Both the position numbers and the translations under genes were made by a program. A stretch of 64,000 nucleotides of DNA, taken from the NCBI GenBank assembly GCA_951406725.2, contig OX597821.1, positions 10,478,001-10,542,000 of the forward strand, given 5' to 3'. The DNA is from Octopus vulgaris (taxonomy: Eukaryota). The notes beneath the pieces are model-generated. The model made no database searches. It saw only the letters and a list, made by a program, of their open reading frames with translations, and was not told the origin of the DNA. Shown piece by piece: positions 15,197 to 29,795 of the stretch. The stretch's first letter is position 1. Each line of letters starts with the position of its first letter.

Positions 15197-15410
15197 TGTG
15201 TGTGTTTGTGTGTCTGTGTTTGTCCCACTAGCATTGCTTGACAACCGATGCTGGTGTGTTTATGTCTCCGTTACTTAGCGGTTCGGCAAAAGAGACCGAT
15301 AGAATAAGTACTGGGCTTACAAAGAATAAGTCCCGGAGTCGAGTTGCTCGATTAAAGGCGGGGCTCCAGCATGGCCGCAGTCAGATGACTGAAACAAGTA
15401 AAAGAGAGAA
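14995..15410 (+). mobile_element. tRNA-derived SINE with internal (TA)n/(TG)n and LINE-type 3' tail
   Basis: ggctgtgtggtaag..gggttcagtccc..ggcaccttgggcaagtg (CORE-like); tail gactgaaacaagtaaaaga. Confidence 0.92.
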
Positions 15411-16314
15411 TAAAAGGGCAGCTGGAGTTAAATCCTAATACGTCATATAACAGCATCATACAATTAATAAAATAAAAACAATTACAATAAGCCCATCACC
15501 AAATGGGAGACAAATTGATTTCTACTATGGATTATTTGCGTACAGACATTACCCTACTCTATTGTATTTTCACCCTAAAATTACGCTGAGCTGATGCCTG
15601 TTCTGAAACCCTTTTACAAAAAGAGGTTCCAAACGGTAATTCTAAGCATTTGACTGTTGATTTCATCTTTATGAAACTTTCATCATTAAGCACACGTAAT
15701 CCACAAATGATCGCTTACTGCGTTGTTATTGAGAAATATAGTTAGATCCCTAAGATATATACGGTCCGTAAACTGCGATCCAGTGGGTAGAGCTACCAAT
15801 GGGAGATTCTGCTATGAGCATGCCGTTTGTTTTGGCTCAAGTTTAACTTTGCATCTCATCTGTCGTAACTCACTAGTCCACCACATTTATTTCATCTGCA
15901 CCAACTCCCCGTGACTGAAACACTAGCATATTTAGATAATTCCTGATCCTGGCTTTCGGTAAAAGAAAATAGAGGAAAATCAGTTAATTATGATTTTCTT
16001 TAACATATTCCCTTCTCAGATTCACACACCAATTGTAGTTGTCCTCTATTTTTTTCAAGCCCTGTTAAAGAACTCGATGTTTTGGGTCTCTAACCAGGCC
16101 TTTCGCAATAGCCTTAAAGACAAGAACTTTTCAGTAATCCCTCGTGTATTTACCTGATGACTTCTTTCAGATACTATCCACTAAATCCTCTCAGAAATCT
16201 TTGTTAGATCCAGAGCTACAGTAGAAGACAGTTGTGAAAAGCATCATGCTGCGCTTACGATGTATTTAAAAATTGTTGTGGAATAAATCACATCATGTGC
16301 TCATGATGTACATT

Positions 16315-16371
<57 letters not shown>

Positions 16372-16498
16372 CTAATGTAGGATTAAATTTTTTTCGAAAA
16401 ACAAAATTTATCAATGGCCAGCATATCAAATAATACCTTAAAAGGTTAAATTTATAAATAACTTATATTGGCATTAGAACTTTTCTTTTACCCTTATT

Positions 16499-16626
<128 letters not shown>

Positions 16627-17039
16627 AAAAAAACACTTTCAGAAAATGATCTTTGAAATTTGCATAGTAATTATTATAAACCGTGTGCGTAATTATAAAA
16701 CGTTGTCCGCCCCAGATTGCATAAACAGAAACACACATATACACAAATAAGCACACACAGACACGTACCCCTAAATTCACACACGTACATACATATTTCT
16801 ATATTTGCATTTAATATTTTATTTCTTTAATTGAAAAGACCGTTCGCTTTTTGCGTGCATGGAAATCCAGGATTCAAATAAGTCTCTGTCTGCAGTATGT
16901 CCCTAGAGAATAAGTACTCTTTAGATAATTAGTGTATCAATGTAGTTCGACACACGCTTGCGATGTGATATATTGTATTCTCTGTGCTTCAGACTATCCT
17001 GGAAATAAGGAACCAAGCAATCACTATCGACAACTCATG

Positions 17040-17345
17040 GATGTTGTTACCGTAGAAATGGCACAGAAGCAGTGGAGACTTGCAGGAACGTTTGCACTAT
17101 GTGCAGCCAGCATGCTGTTACTGTGCCCCAGAAGTGTTTTCCAGATTTTGATCTGCAAAATTGTCTGTTCCAGTTACAAATCACTCTCGCCGGCCAACTA
17201 AAATAAACAACGACAATAATCTCATTTAGACTAAGAGGATGATCGTAGATATTTTCCAAATATCCAAATCGTGTGTTGAAAAGAAAGATCAACTTGTTTA
17301 AATCGTGAGACTCCCAGTTTGTGTCCCATTTCAATTGAAAGCAGG
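17040..17345 (+). mobile_element. Mariner transposase N-terminal remnant
   Basis: HTH region (RNGTEAVETCRNVC..KCF.RF..RPT) and a degenerate WVPHEL (tttgtgtcccattt). Confidence 0.6.
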
Positions 17346-17592
17346 TAACCTGTACCTTAACTTAACTTATCGGCCCCGAAAGGCGGAATAAATCGTTTCC
17401 TGCTAGGGACTTGCGATATTTTCATTTAAAAATTCGACTACATTTATGTATATAGGTATATAAACATAGCTTGCTATTTTTTTTATTATATAGATATAAT
17501 ATAGATATAATACATGAAGATACGTACGTAGGCACAATGTAGGTACAATTACATGGTAGAACATAATTGTACATAGTGTGTATATAAATATT

Positions 17593-17643
<51 letters not shown>

Positions 17644-17644
17644 G

Positions 17645-18830
17645 AATAAAAAATGGAGTTAACGCAGGTTTAAACAAGTATTTTTACTTTCTACATATGT
17701 TTCGAAAATTCCACTGATACTATTCAAAAGAATAAATGGTATAAACAATGCCATCTTCTCTTCGGGAAAGTGAAAAAACGAAACTCGTCAATACGACATT
17801 TTAGCAAAAAATGATGGATTTGTATAGCGATAGACAGAACGCTATTAATATTGTTTAAAAAAACGTTATATTATATAACGTCATAAGTAGCTAACAGAAA
17901 GAGTAGGGATATTAATAGTGAATGTTAAATATAAAGGAAATTAAAGTTTAAATTATATATAATGATAGAGACTACTTATATGCACTAAATGTATGTTTCT
18001 GCCAATGCTTACATCTGTATGCTGGTTCTATAACCGTGTTTACTAGAGTATTTTTAGAAAAAATAATGAAAAATAGCTCAGAATTGCAGAGAAGACAAAA
18101 TTTCTTGCCTTTGTCATATGGTATCGAAATTGAGAGGATCAACCATTCTAAATGAAATTGTTAATTGTGGTCTTTTAAATCCCAAATCAGTTTGCTGATA
18201 CCGGTACTATTCCGTTTATTTCTATCTCTAAATGTTGAGTAATGGATAGAAATTCTTTTAGATAACTCTAAGGATGTGCTTCCAATGTAAAATCGTACTT
18301 TATTACGAGTACTGATTATACACTGGTATATAGAATTTTTAATCTTAGAGTTACTTGACATAAATTTAATTCTATTGGAATTGACTTCAGATACACTAAC
18401 CTTGTTATTAATATTTCTAGAGGGTTGGATGGTATTAGCTAAATTAATGTTAGTATTAGTAAATGTATTAATATTTAACAGTTTGTTATTATGAGAGGAT
18501 ATAATTTGCAAGAGATTTTTTGTGTTTGAAAAACCTATCCTAACCTTATCTGAATTAATTATAGAGTAATATCTAGAATTGTTTGGAAAATTCCTAGCAA
18601 TAGCCTGACGAAACAGCAGTGGGAGATTAGATTTAATTTGTCTCCCGTAAGGAATTATTAACCAAATATTTTTACTAGTATTCATAGCGTAATTACTTTT
18701 GAAGGTGTTATATTTACTTTTAGATCGATAATAGGGGAGTTACAACATCTTTACTTGTGAGATTTTTGCTGCCCTGGTAACTATTTATTTATTTTTCCGT
18801 GTTAATTGTTAACAAGGTAAAAATACACTC
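17645..18830 (-). mobile_element. Penelope-like element 3' fragment (GIY-YIG endonuclease + pLTR tail)
   Basis: ORF 18161-18685 has NIWLIIPYG, IYQCIIS..FYIGST..KRISIH and STGISKLIWDLK. Inserted beside (TA)n. Confidence 0.88.
17687..17770 (-). ncRNA. Type I minimal hammerhead ribozyme motif in the Penelope 3' region
   Basis: Minus strand reads CUUUC-CCGAAGA-GAAGAU..AUUUUC-GAAA-C-AUAU-G-UA-GAAAG. Stems I and II pair, stem III/loop is the palindrome CAUAUG, the triplet is GUA, and U4 is C. Confidence 0.8.
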
Positions 18831-18849
18831 ATCTATCTATCTATCTATC

Positions 18850-18899
<50 letters not shown>

Positions 18900-18900
<1 letters not shown>

Positions 18901-19212
18901 GAGCAAAACGCCCGCCGTCCAATGAACGGTGGTGAGTTGTCAAACATTTAAACCAAATTTTCTCAAAGCAACTTGTCCGACCGTTCCATAGGCATCCCCA
19001 TTGAGAAGCACTGATCGCAACAGCTGATGTACTTGCTCGTACACATGCACTTTCCCACGGCTTTATCGATAGCATTCTCACCTGGAATCGATTTTAAAAT
19101 GTTTTTCAAGATTTCTACACGCCCTGATAACGTCGGTATCTACATATCAACTTTGCGCGCAATTGTATGGAGGATGCCCGAGATCCAGACAGACAGAACG
19201 GATTTTATATAA
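18900..19212 (-). mobile_element. Helitron-like non-autonomous fragment
   Basis: Minus start tatataaaatccgttctgtctgtctgg resembles the element at 5456. Confidence 0.4.
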
Positions 19213-19216
19213 TGTA

Positions 19217-19275
<59 letters not shown>

Positions 19276-19365
19276 CATGTTAGTATCCGTATGTGTGTAA
19301 CTACGTACATGTTTATTAGTGTTATATACAAGTTTCATTGTGCATGTGTTTAATACTGGATGTTT

Positions 19366-19409
<44 letters not shown>

Positions 19410-20337
19410 CAGCAAAATTCAATGAGTTTATATTTGTGAATGTGTATTGGGTTGCATATTTAGAACGTCTGGCTGTATTCCCTCCTGCCTGTATGTACGT
19501 CTTATGGCACAAATAAATGCCATATACATTTGTTACGGTTTTGCTTCAAGTAAGTAGAATCAGTAGGAAGCTAATTATTTAATTATTTTAAACTGTTTTG
19601 GGCAATATTATTTAATTGTTTTGTCTGATATTTGTAATTATTAAATTGATCAGTAAAACATTAATAAGATTAGAATTGCAATATATAGTCAGATATTTGT
19701 ATAATTTTCTCCTTCCGGACCAAACGCGTCAAAATATTTTATTTATGTTTCAATTAGAATATTTTCAGTTAAATAAATTCATTTATTAATGATATTTATT
19801 CCTGCCTAGAGACAATTTATTTTGCGATGTACAGTATTTGTCTGTTTAAATGTGAATATAATTTGTAGTGATTAAGTCTTATATAAAAAATTAAATATTG
19901 CAAGTAATTATACCTAAAAGTCAATATAGATAAATATATTTTAAAATGATTATATAAAGAGAAATCATAAAATGAACAACAATACCTTTAAAGAAGTGTT
20001 TAAAATACCACCACGTATTCAAAAAAGATTGTTTTATGTCTCCTATGATATATGATATAATAGACAAAGAGAAGAAAGCATGTATCGCATATCAATAGTT
20101 CTCCTGTAATATTTCTGAAATCACAATGGGATGTAATATCGCTAAGAATATTATTCTTCTATATATCATTCATTTTCAGCTGTCTGACAAAATAATGAAT
20201 AGCGTTTGTTTGTGTACGCATCGGCTAAGACCAAAAAATAGAACCTACATACGTATGACTCTGTAGATGTGACAGTTTGCATACACACGCACACACACAA
20301 GCACAGAGGGAGAGAGAGAGAGATAGAGAGGGGAAGG

Positions 20338-20504
<167 letters not shown>

Positions 20505-21729
20505 ATAGATTTACTCCAATCATTTGCTTTACCATCTATTTTCTTTCCGTATTCTTTTCACTCACCGATTCTTTAGCTTTATATCCCTCTAACGAGGTAT
20601 TATTCTTTTAAATTCCATTTGATTATATCTTTGTCATATATTTATTATAATTTCTGTCATATTCTCTCACTTTCTCTTTCTTTCTCTCCGTCTCTCTTTT
20701 TCTCTCTTTCTTTTTCACACTCTCTCTTTCTTTCCCACCCTCTCTCCCTCCTTCTCCCTACTGCCTCTATCTTTTATTTGCTTATTGTTGAGCTGCTGCT
20801 TGTATAGAATCATCTCTATTCAGAGTGACATATGGAAGATAATCTAACAAACACACACACACAAAACACACACATACCACACACACACACATACGCACGC
20901 ACATATATATACACACACACACAGCTGCGGTTCGATATTTAGATTGATCTGCTTAATAGATATCCTTATCATAACGGATGAGAATTTTGTGTAAATATAT
21001 TGTGTATATCGTATCGTTTTTTATCGTTTCGCGGACGATTTTCCTTTTGTTATATTTCGTTCAGGAATGGTTTATTCAATCATGCATGTTCTTTCATTAT
21101 TGAAAATAAAATGTTTTGCATGTTTTTTATAAAATATACTTTAAGTATAAATGTGTGGGTTAGCAGAAAACACCAATCGCAGTACTAAACAATCAGTAGA
21201 TTACATCAACTTAGATAGAAATCAAGAATATTGTTGAATCAACTCAGGAAGGAATAAAATCAAATGTGAAGTCCAAGATTTTGTCAGATGACTAAAGGCA
21301 CTTTTCCAACGTTTTAACGATCTTTCCCATCGACCTCCCTCTATGAATTAGTAACCAATACCTGATCACAAAACCTCTTAGAATTAACACTAATCACTAA
21401 AGCCAAAATGAAAAAAAGAAAAAAAACTCTCATTCTGAATTTTAGTTCTAGAAATGGAAAACTACGAGTTTGCCAAAATTTGATAGCTTTATTTTATATT
21501 TTATGCGTTTATCGTATGGAAGGTATCGTGAGCTTAGTAACAGAACCATCAGCAATGTCTTCGAAACACGTCTTCGAAATTCACTGTAATTTTGTGCGTA
21601 TATCATGCTTCAATTATATTATAGGCAAAAACCTGGAGATAACCGATAAAATGGCATTGTAAGAACCAGCACACCTACATAAAATGAGTAAAATAGAATC
21701 TAAGGGATATATAGAGAGTTCAAATTTTC

Positions 21730-22015
21730 AGAAAACAAAATGCGTAGACAGATGTAGGAATAACAAGCATAGGCGGTGGGATAGGGAGTAGAGAATGGAC
21801 ATTTTGGTGTGAGGAGGCTTGGAGGAGGGAACGTTAAGGTAGGAGTTTGAGTCTATGTGCTTGTAGATGATGGAGGTCGTGAGAGCGGAGTTGTATATGC
21901 TGAGAGAAATGTGGAGAGATTCGATGAGCGAGCGAAACACACTGCAGGAGAATTTTAGTGTAGAATGGAAGGATTGGACAAAGTAGTGTAACGAGTCAAG
22001 TAAATGTGTTGTACT
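21730..22015 (-). mobile_element. Penelope-like RT thumb remnant
   Basis: LHISLSI..LTTSIIYKHIDSNSYLN..SSKPPHTKMSILYS matches the PLE motif FLD..YxKxT..YL..SxHP..KxSI. Confidence 0.75.
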
Positions 22016-23589
22016 CACGTGGGTGAGATGGTGGTTAAGATTCCCAGACCGGCCAGACGTTGTGTTCTAGAGCAAGATATTTTATTTTGTTTTAATCTAA
22101 TCCACTTATCTGTATATGGATAACCTAGCGATGAGCTTGCGTTGCTTTCAGAGGGAACTTTGACCTGCCCATCTGAAAAGCAGGATGGCATTTTTTGACA
22201 GCAATAATGATGTGATAAGGTGCATCGTAGTTGATACAATTATATATATATTTGTGTGTATGTGTGTGTATGTGTATACGTATGCATGTGTGTGTATGCG
22301 TGTGCGTGTATTTGTACCTAGAGAGAATGATACATAAATTAAAACATAATATACCTGCTACGAAAATATCTCTGCATTAGATAATTAAGGAAACTATCAT
22401 TTGCTCTATTACTCCTCTTATTTTGTAATTGTTATAACAATCAAAATCAACATGTGTTCTGAGAAAAATAGGCAATAGTTACTGAAATTTTGGAATATCT
22501 CCGTTACACACATGCACGTTCAAATATATAGACATACTATAATAAGTTTCTACTGTAAGCTTTGACATTTCCGTGGCATCAAAACTAAACTCAAGCCTCA
22601 TTTTCTCTTATTTCTGTTAATTTACAAGATGAGTTTTTTTCCTAAAAGTTTAAAATTATTTAACATCGAAACTTCAATTTTCAAGGTGATTGTATTTATT
22701 GAAATCTTCAGTAAATACTGCTATACAACAAGATTTCACAAGTACATATTTTTTAACATTTTCGGCATATGTATTGTCTCGATTTATGTAATGCTGCACG
22801 TAAACAATACGGACCGCAATAGCACAACGCCTATAGCATTTATACTTTTCATTTATGGACTATTTCAAAGTAAGATTATGAATAATGAAAGTATGCTGAA
22901 GTATGTAAACAAATTAACCTTGATCATACATAATTACTTGTATTTACTGTAATTCGCATAAAATATCTAATTCATTTAGTTGTAAAAATACATTGGTTCA
23001 ATGCATAATATTACGGTGATTTGAGCAAGGAATACAGCTAGGCATTTCGCCCGGTGTGCTGACGTATCTGCCAGCTCGCCGCCTGATGAGATACCGCTAA
23101 GAATTTTACCTGGTGTGCTAACAATGTTGTCTACTCGCTGATTTAGCACCGACGAAAATTACGTACAAATATTAGCATGATCTTTCCTCATTAGTTGGAG
23201 CTGATCGGTCGGAACATTTAGAATAACGGTAAAATGCTCTCAGGTATTTGTTCTTATTCCTTAAAATCTGAGTTGTGTCCATCCTTAGTGTCATTGTTGC
23301 ATTTCATCGTTTCGGTGCCCTATATAATGAGTATATGTAAAATGATATCGTCAGCAATTTCGTGGGAAGGGTTTTGACTAATACATTCCCACTAAATAAG
23401 TCACTTTCTCTTGAAATCATATAACATTATTCCTTCTGAGAAATTTAGTTTGTCAGATTCTGTAGAGCTTAGGTCAAAATCCGTTGCTTTATTTATTGTT
23501 GTACTGTGTAATCTAATTCCGAAGATATTTGGAATCGATGAATTAGGTACTGGGAGACATTAGCGAAAACTTTTATCCTTTACGGCCTT

Positions 23590-23750
23590 TCATCTGTCTT
23601 TACGTCCTAAGTTCAAATTCCACAGGTTTTGACCTTGCCTTTTATTTTCCCGTTTTCGATAAAACAAATAGCAGTTGAGCTATGGGGTCGATTTAATCGA
23701 CTTACCTCTCCCCCGGAATTGTTGCTTCTGTGACAAAATTTGAAACCATT
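23590..23750 (+). mobile_element. Degenerate tRNA-derived SINE
   Basis: gttcaaattcc..gaccttgcctttt..tggggtcgatttaatcgactt..aaatttgaaacc. Confidence 0.75.
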
Positions 23751-23779
23751 ATTATTATCATTATTAATATTATTATTCC

Positions 23780-24121
23780 TTCGTACTACAGTGTAGGTAA
23801 TACTGCAAGGAGTTTTTACTCATCTCTCAAGTCACAACAAGGACCTCAGGCAGATAATACTTTCCTTAAGATGTGCGGTGTGCCCAATAAGGCTGCTTTT
23901 TGCAAGACATCAAACTTGCATGGAATTTTCTGTTGCCTTAAAAGGTCTTGAAGTTTCAATGGGACTGAACCCAACGCTGCGGTCCCTACTGGTAATACTC
24001 TTACCCTCCCGCATTCCATACAGTCTTGCCATTTCTACTTCCAATTCGGAGTATTTGGTGACTATTTCAAACACATTACTCACAACGTTCCTGCTATAGG
24101 TACATCAATGATATGATAGTA

Positions 24122-24185
<64 letters not shown>

Positions 24186-24860
24186 ATTCAGTATTACATG
24201 ATCCGTCTGAAAATCATAGTCCCAGAATATCGTTACTTTGCCATCTACCTGCATAACTTTACTCGGGACATGCTCATACTAGCTCTCTGTTACTTAATAT
24301 TGGTATTCATGGCATGAGAAGAAATGAACATACACACACATTTTATCGTGGCGGACCTTGCATTGTTTTTGTTCAAGGCTCTCACATCTGCTTACCAAGT
24401 GGGTCACATTTTCCACGCTCTCTCCACAGAGTCTGCATTTCTGGGCGTAAGAAGTTTTTTAGATGTTATACATCACTGACTTGGTAACGAGAACCTGGTC
24501 TTGTACAGCAATGATCAAGCTTTCGGTGGAAAGCTTCAAATCACTTCACTCAAGCCATGCCCACAATGCTGCATTTTGCTTAAACTCCAGTGTATTCCTT
24601 TGAAACTCTATAGACATTCTCATCTCAATAATGTATTCTTGTCGCTTCTCACCTGCTCTTTAGTTAAACTTTTCCTTGTCCAGCATTTCATCAGCATATT
24701 GCAGCAGATCTACACTATTTATCGAATGGTTGGCAAGCGTTCTCCTTTAACTCCTTATACAATGGTCTATACTAATCAGTTCTCTGCCACCATCCGTTCT
24801 TCCAATATTCAGTCTGTTTACGTTTACTTTGGGCGTAGCGCCTAATGCACTATCATCAAC
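23780..24860 (-). mobile_element. R4/Dong-type LINE 3' fragment (CCHC + restriction-like endonuclease) between (TTA)n tracts
   Basis: C..ENVTHLVSRC, RHDK, IFWDY and the C-terminal KIPCKFDVLQKAALLGTPHILRKVLS. Confidence 0.85.
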
Positions 24861-24873
24861 ATTCTCTGTTTTA

Positions 24874-25002
<129 letters not shown>

Positions 25003-26849
25003 ATGTTACTAATGGTGGTGGTGGTGATTGTGGTTTTAGTGTGTTAGTAGTTGTGTCGGTGCTTGTGGCTGTGGTTGTTGTGGTGAGAGGCTCAGCTGTG
25101 ATGCAAGTGAAGCTTATTGTTTCTGCTAATAGTGTTGTTCTCGCAGTATAGTGAAAGAAATTGGTGCGCTGATATAAAGCATTTTAATATTGTTTATAAG
25201 CAGAAATAGTACCATGACTCTCATAGATTAATAAAGTGAATACGAACGATATAATTTATAGTACTTATCTACTTTTCGTTCCGCTTCATTGAATTCTAAT
25301 CTGATTTGAAATGAGTTTGATATAAAATCTATCATTGTGTCTGCGATAAATATCCAAAATTTCCTATTTTAATACATATATTATCTATCTACAAGCTGTC
25401 AATTGCACAATGGCACCAATGTTCCATCTCCTGTCTCGCCACGTTTCTAGTTTAATCTGATCAAGTATAATAGGAAAGCAAAAATATGTTTATATTTGCT
25501 TTCCTATTACACGTACTCACACACACACACGCACACACATACACACACGCACACACACACCGATAGCAAACAGCACATCCGCACATATATTTATAAAAAT
25601 AGACTCATACATAGGAATATATATCTATATTGATAAGAAAACTAGTAAAATATATTCAATAAATGCAGTTAAATATTCTAATAACAAGAGCGCAATTGTG
25701 TTTCCAATAGGTGTGCAATTCGAGTTTATCTTTGACGCTTTTAAAAATAACATTTCCCATTTACTTTAAATTTGAAAATTGAAATGATGTTCCTAAAAGT
25801 TGCAACATAAAAATTGAATTAAATTTAGCAGTTGCAAATACTTATATATCGAAACCGGGTTGTTAAGTTTTGATAGTCCGGATCTGCGTTGGAGACCAGT
25901 GGTTCAACGTGGGTTTAGATTCCTAGCAGAAGACACTATACCAGCACAAACGTGATTCCCCACCCCAACTATCAATCATCACAGCAAAGAAATCGACCAT
26001 TCAGACAACTGATAAAAAGAATATGATCAGGAAGTTGTTCTTTTTTGCACCCCTTTTCTTGGACAAACAAAATATATGCAGACTTTTTTCCTACTTACAG
26101 GCAATGAATTCTACCTATCATGCTACTAGATATAACCACGTACCTTCCTGTCTCACTATTACTGTGAATATCTGTATAGTCGGCTGTAGTAGCAACATCT
26201 TGCTTTGTTAACGATAAAGGCAAACATATACATATATATTTATTTATTAAATCTCAACATAATGTCTGTTCATTTTATCAAAATCTACTGAATACCAAAA
26301 TGGTAACAATGTTCACGCATCCTAATAAAAATAACAGCTAAAATTCCAGATCTCTGTTGTTTTCTCTTTCATTTTCTGACAGCATCTCTGCCAGTTTCCT
26401 TGTGTTCTTTCTTTCTCTTGTCCTCTCTGAATATATATTTAATCGTGTGTATATATGTGTAAATGTTTCTAAAACTTTTGTGGTTTCATAAAATATTGAC
26501 TTTACAATTTTTGATATATTCAAAATATACAGTATGCGTATGGTACTGACGATTAATAAATCAGATAAATATTGATATAAGTGCTATTAGCAACATTACT
26601 GAAGATTCCATTTTGTTAAAATTTATATACATCAGTTAATCTGTAAAAAGTTAAGTTTATGCATTTTCTCGTAGAGAGTAAGAAAATTTATTTCTATCAA
26701 AATTGACATATTACAATTATATTTGCCAATAACTATTATCTAATCAAATACTGATAGATTCTTATCACTGTCTCCAATTAGCGACTCTTATATCAGTGAC
26801 ATTAAGCACGCAAGGCATATTGTCAATATATTTCATAACATTTGGCCAG

Positions 26850-28070
26850 GAAATTTTCGATATTGTTATGGTATGGAATGAGGTGATCAAGGTATATGAC
26901 TTAATTATTTTTTAACCTTAGACTTAATTTGGAAGTGATTAAGCTTTGGTAAGACCACTTTTCGTCACACCGAATAAGTATTTATTTTGTTAAGTAAAAA
27001 TATTAATGAAATGTTTGCTGGGCGACAAATTTCATTTAACATAATCAAAGATTTACGAAAACCGCAGAAGATATGACTCACAACAACATTGTCTCCTAGA
27101 AATTACAGTAGATTTGGTTACTTGTCACATGTATTCCTAAAGCAACCCTAACAACAAGTGGCAGTATATCATTATAAAATCTATGTATCCTACATTAGTC
27201 TTTAACGGGATAAGTGCAGACATATAAAATCTTTCTTTGACTAGGAATCTCATAACTTATAACAAGGTAGTGGTGACTCAGTAGATAACCTTCGTCCTCT
27301 AGATCAGTGGTTATGGACACCTTTGATTGGTATTTTTCGTGGACTCTCATAGACATTTGCGGGTTAAAATATACCATATTATACTTTTGTAGTTAAATAT
27401 TATTAGGAACTGTAAAAATTCTTCAAAAATATTCTATGTATTGTAGAAATATAAGTTATTACACATAAACTTCAACAACAAAATCTTATATGTATCTACA
27501 TGCATGCATGCACGCACGCACGCAAGCACATACACACAAATCTATTTGGAGTAAAACATTCCGGTAGGGGTCTTAGGTTACCTGAAGTTTAGACGAGGAT
27601 GATACTAGCAGTCATAATATTAATAGGTCTCTTAAATATTACGCGTTCCTTGACATTAGGAGCTCCAGAACGTGTCAATTTTGTTTGTCTGGAAACATAA
27701 ATTTCTATTAATCTATAGACAGGAAAAGACCACAATTGATGTATTGTAATAAAGTCAAAAGTATTTACTAAATGATTTGCGAATAGTAACTAAATTATAT
27801 CTCCTACAAAAAGTATTAACCCGTAGTTTTTAGGGTGGTCATATAAATACAATAATAAATAAATAAATGTACATTAAAAATATCAAAATGTTATTCTCAG
27901 TGCACACAATACTGGAGATTTGGAGCTTCATTTATATGTCCAAATTTATAAATGAAAATTAAAATACATGTTCCGTGCATGTTACTTTCTATTTTTAAAT
28001 GATCTCTCAGATGTCTAAATTATTTCCGTTTAATTGACGTGCATCAAGCTACATCTTCTCTTGTAAAATA
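26850..28070 (-). pseudogene. Decayed TLR gene (LRR, LRRCT, TM, TIR)
   Basis: LRR-like EAPNLQY and SGNLRPLPECF. LRRCT-like YFNPQM..LYVCTYP (ORF 27195-27377). TM-like ILPLVVRVALGIHV. TIR-like VVS.SSA and RKVVL (~26955). Confidence 0.5.
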
Positions 28071-28473
28071 CAAAAAGTGCATACAATGCCGTCACGATTC
28101 AAGAAGTTTAAACTGCTAATGGCAATGCTCGTGCATAATCACATAAAGATGTGTACAGATGAACGTATATCCATATTTTATAGCTGTTATGTGTTAATCA
28201 TTATAACCAGTACTAATCTGGTTTGTGTCAGCATCGCCTCCCATAATTTTCGGGGGTCAACGAAATAAGTTCCAGTGAACAAATGGGTCCGGATAATTGA
28301 CTACACCCGCTACCCAGCGATTTCAGGTTTTTTGTCCATATTAGAAATGATTACTACTAGCACTATTAGAATTAGGCGTAGTTGTATTGGTGGTGATGGT
28401 GATTGGGGTAGTGTCGGTGGTGGTGTTACAGGTGGTGGTGGTGGTGGTGTTACCGTTGGTGGTGGTGGTTGCG

Positions 28474-28527
<54 letters not shown>

Positions 28528-28646
28528 CGCCAACACAAAGTGGGTATGAATACATTTAAACAAAATAATATAAAATGTTTATTATTCATATATCTAAACT
28601 CGCCGAGCAATAAAATATAAGGAATTTACAATGAAACCTAGGCACT

Positions 28647-28930
28647 TGGATTTGGTAGACAGAAACTGAAAGAAGCCTGTCGTATATATGTATATATATA
28701 TATGTATATGTGTTTGTGTGTCTGTGTTTGTCCCCCTAGCATTGCTTGACAACCGATGCTGGTGTGTTTACGTCCCCGTCACTTAGCGGTTCGGCAAAAA
28801 GAGACCGATAGAATAAGTACTGGGCTTACAAAGAATAAGTCCCCGGGTCGATTTGCTCGACTAAAGGCGGTGCTCCAGCATGGCCGCAGTCAAATGACTG
28901 AAACAAGTAAAAGAGAGAAAGAGAGAAAGA
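28647..28930 (+). mobile_element. 5'-truncated copy of the 14995 SINE family
   Basis: Near-identical to 15117-15410. Confidence 0.92.
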
Positions 28931-29337
28931 GATTTAAATGAAGATTGCATCAAAGGAAGTAGTCAAAACCTGATGTCTGGTAACAACCAAGAAACGAGTC
29001 CTTTCGATCCCCCTTTTCAAACTGCCGTATATCACATCTTGATAAGATCACAAGCCTATACTTTTCTTTGGTGCCATATCAACGTTGTAGAATTCTGAAA
29101 CCTTGAGATTATTTCCTCTTTTCAGTGGAGCTGGTTGTAATTGCCATTTAGTAATTATGATTGATCGTCCTCAACAGGAGGTAAGTTTCATAATTGAATT
29201 TTATTTTGAATGATAATTCATACAACTGTATGTGTACTTGTGTATGTATATATGAATCTATATATATATCTATCTATGTGGTTATTTGTCTGTTTATCTA
29301 TCTATTATCTATTTATCTATATACCTGTCACTCTCCC

Positions 29338-29393
<56 letters not shown>

Positions 29394-29399
29394 TCTTTT

Positions 29400-29585
29400 A
29401 CTATTTTACTTCTTTTAGTCTTTAGTCGCGCAAATCGATCCTAGGACTTATTCTGTGTAAGCCTAGTACATATTTTATCGGTCTCTTTTGCCGAACCGCT
29501 AGGTTACGGGGACGTGAACACATCAGCATATATTGTCAAACGATGCTGGGGTGGGACAAACGCAGACACATAAACATATACACAC

Positions 29586-29618
<33 letters not shown>

Positions 29619-29795
29619 CATACATAAATACGACGGGCTTCTTTCAGTTTCTGTCTACCAAATCCATTCACAATGCTTTGGTCGGCCCGAAGCTATATTA
29701 GAAGACACTTGCCCAAGGTGCCACGCAGTGGGACTGAACCCGGAACCATGTGGTTCGTAAGCAAGCTACTTAACACACAGCCACTTCTACGCCTA
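29400..29795 (-). mobile_element. SINE, same family as 14995
   Basis: Reverse complement of the same head, core and tail. Confidence 0.9.

Noticed and set aside
15740-15915. Nucleoplasmin-like string GADEINVVD..GPYIS on minus
   Set aside because: Multiple stops and too little similarity. The plus strand shows equally weak LRR-like strings, so neither is called.
22690-22867. EMI-domain-like exon (CYRRC..KSCC)
   Set aside because: No donor site, and the reading continues as LRR-like periodicity.
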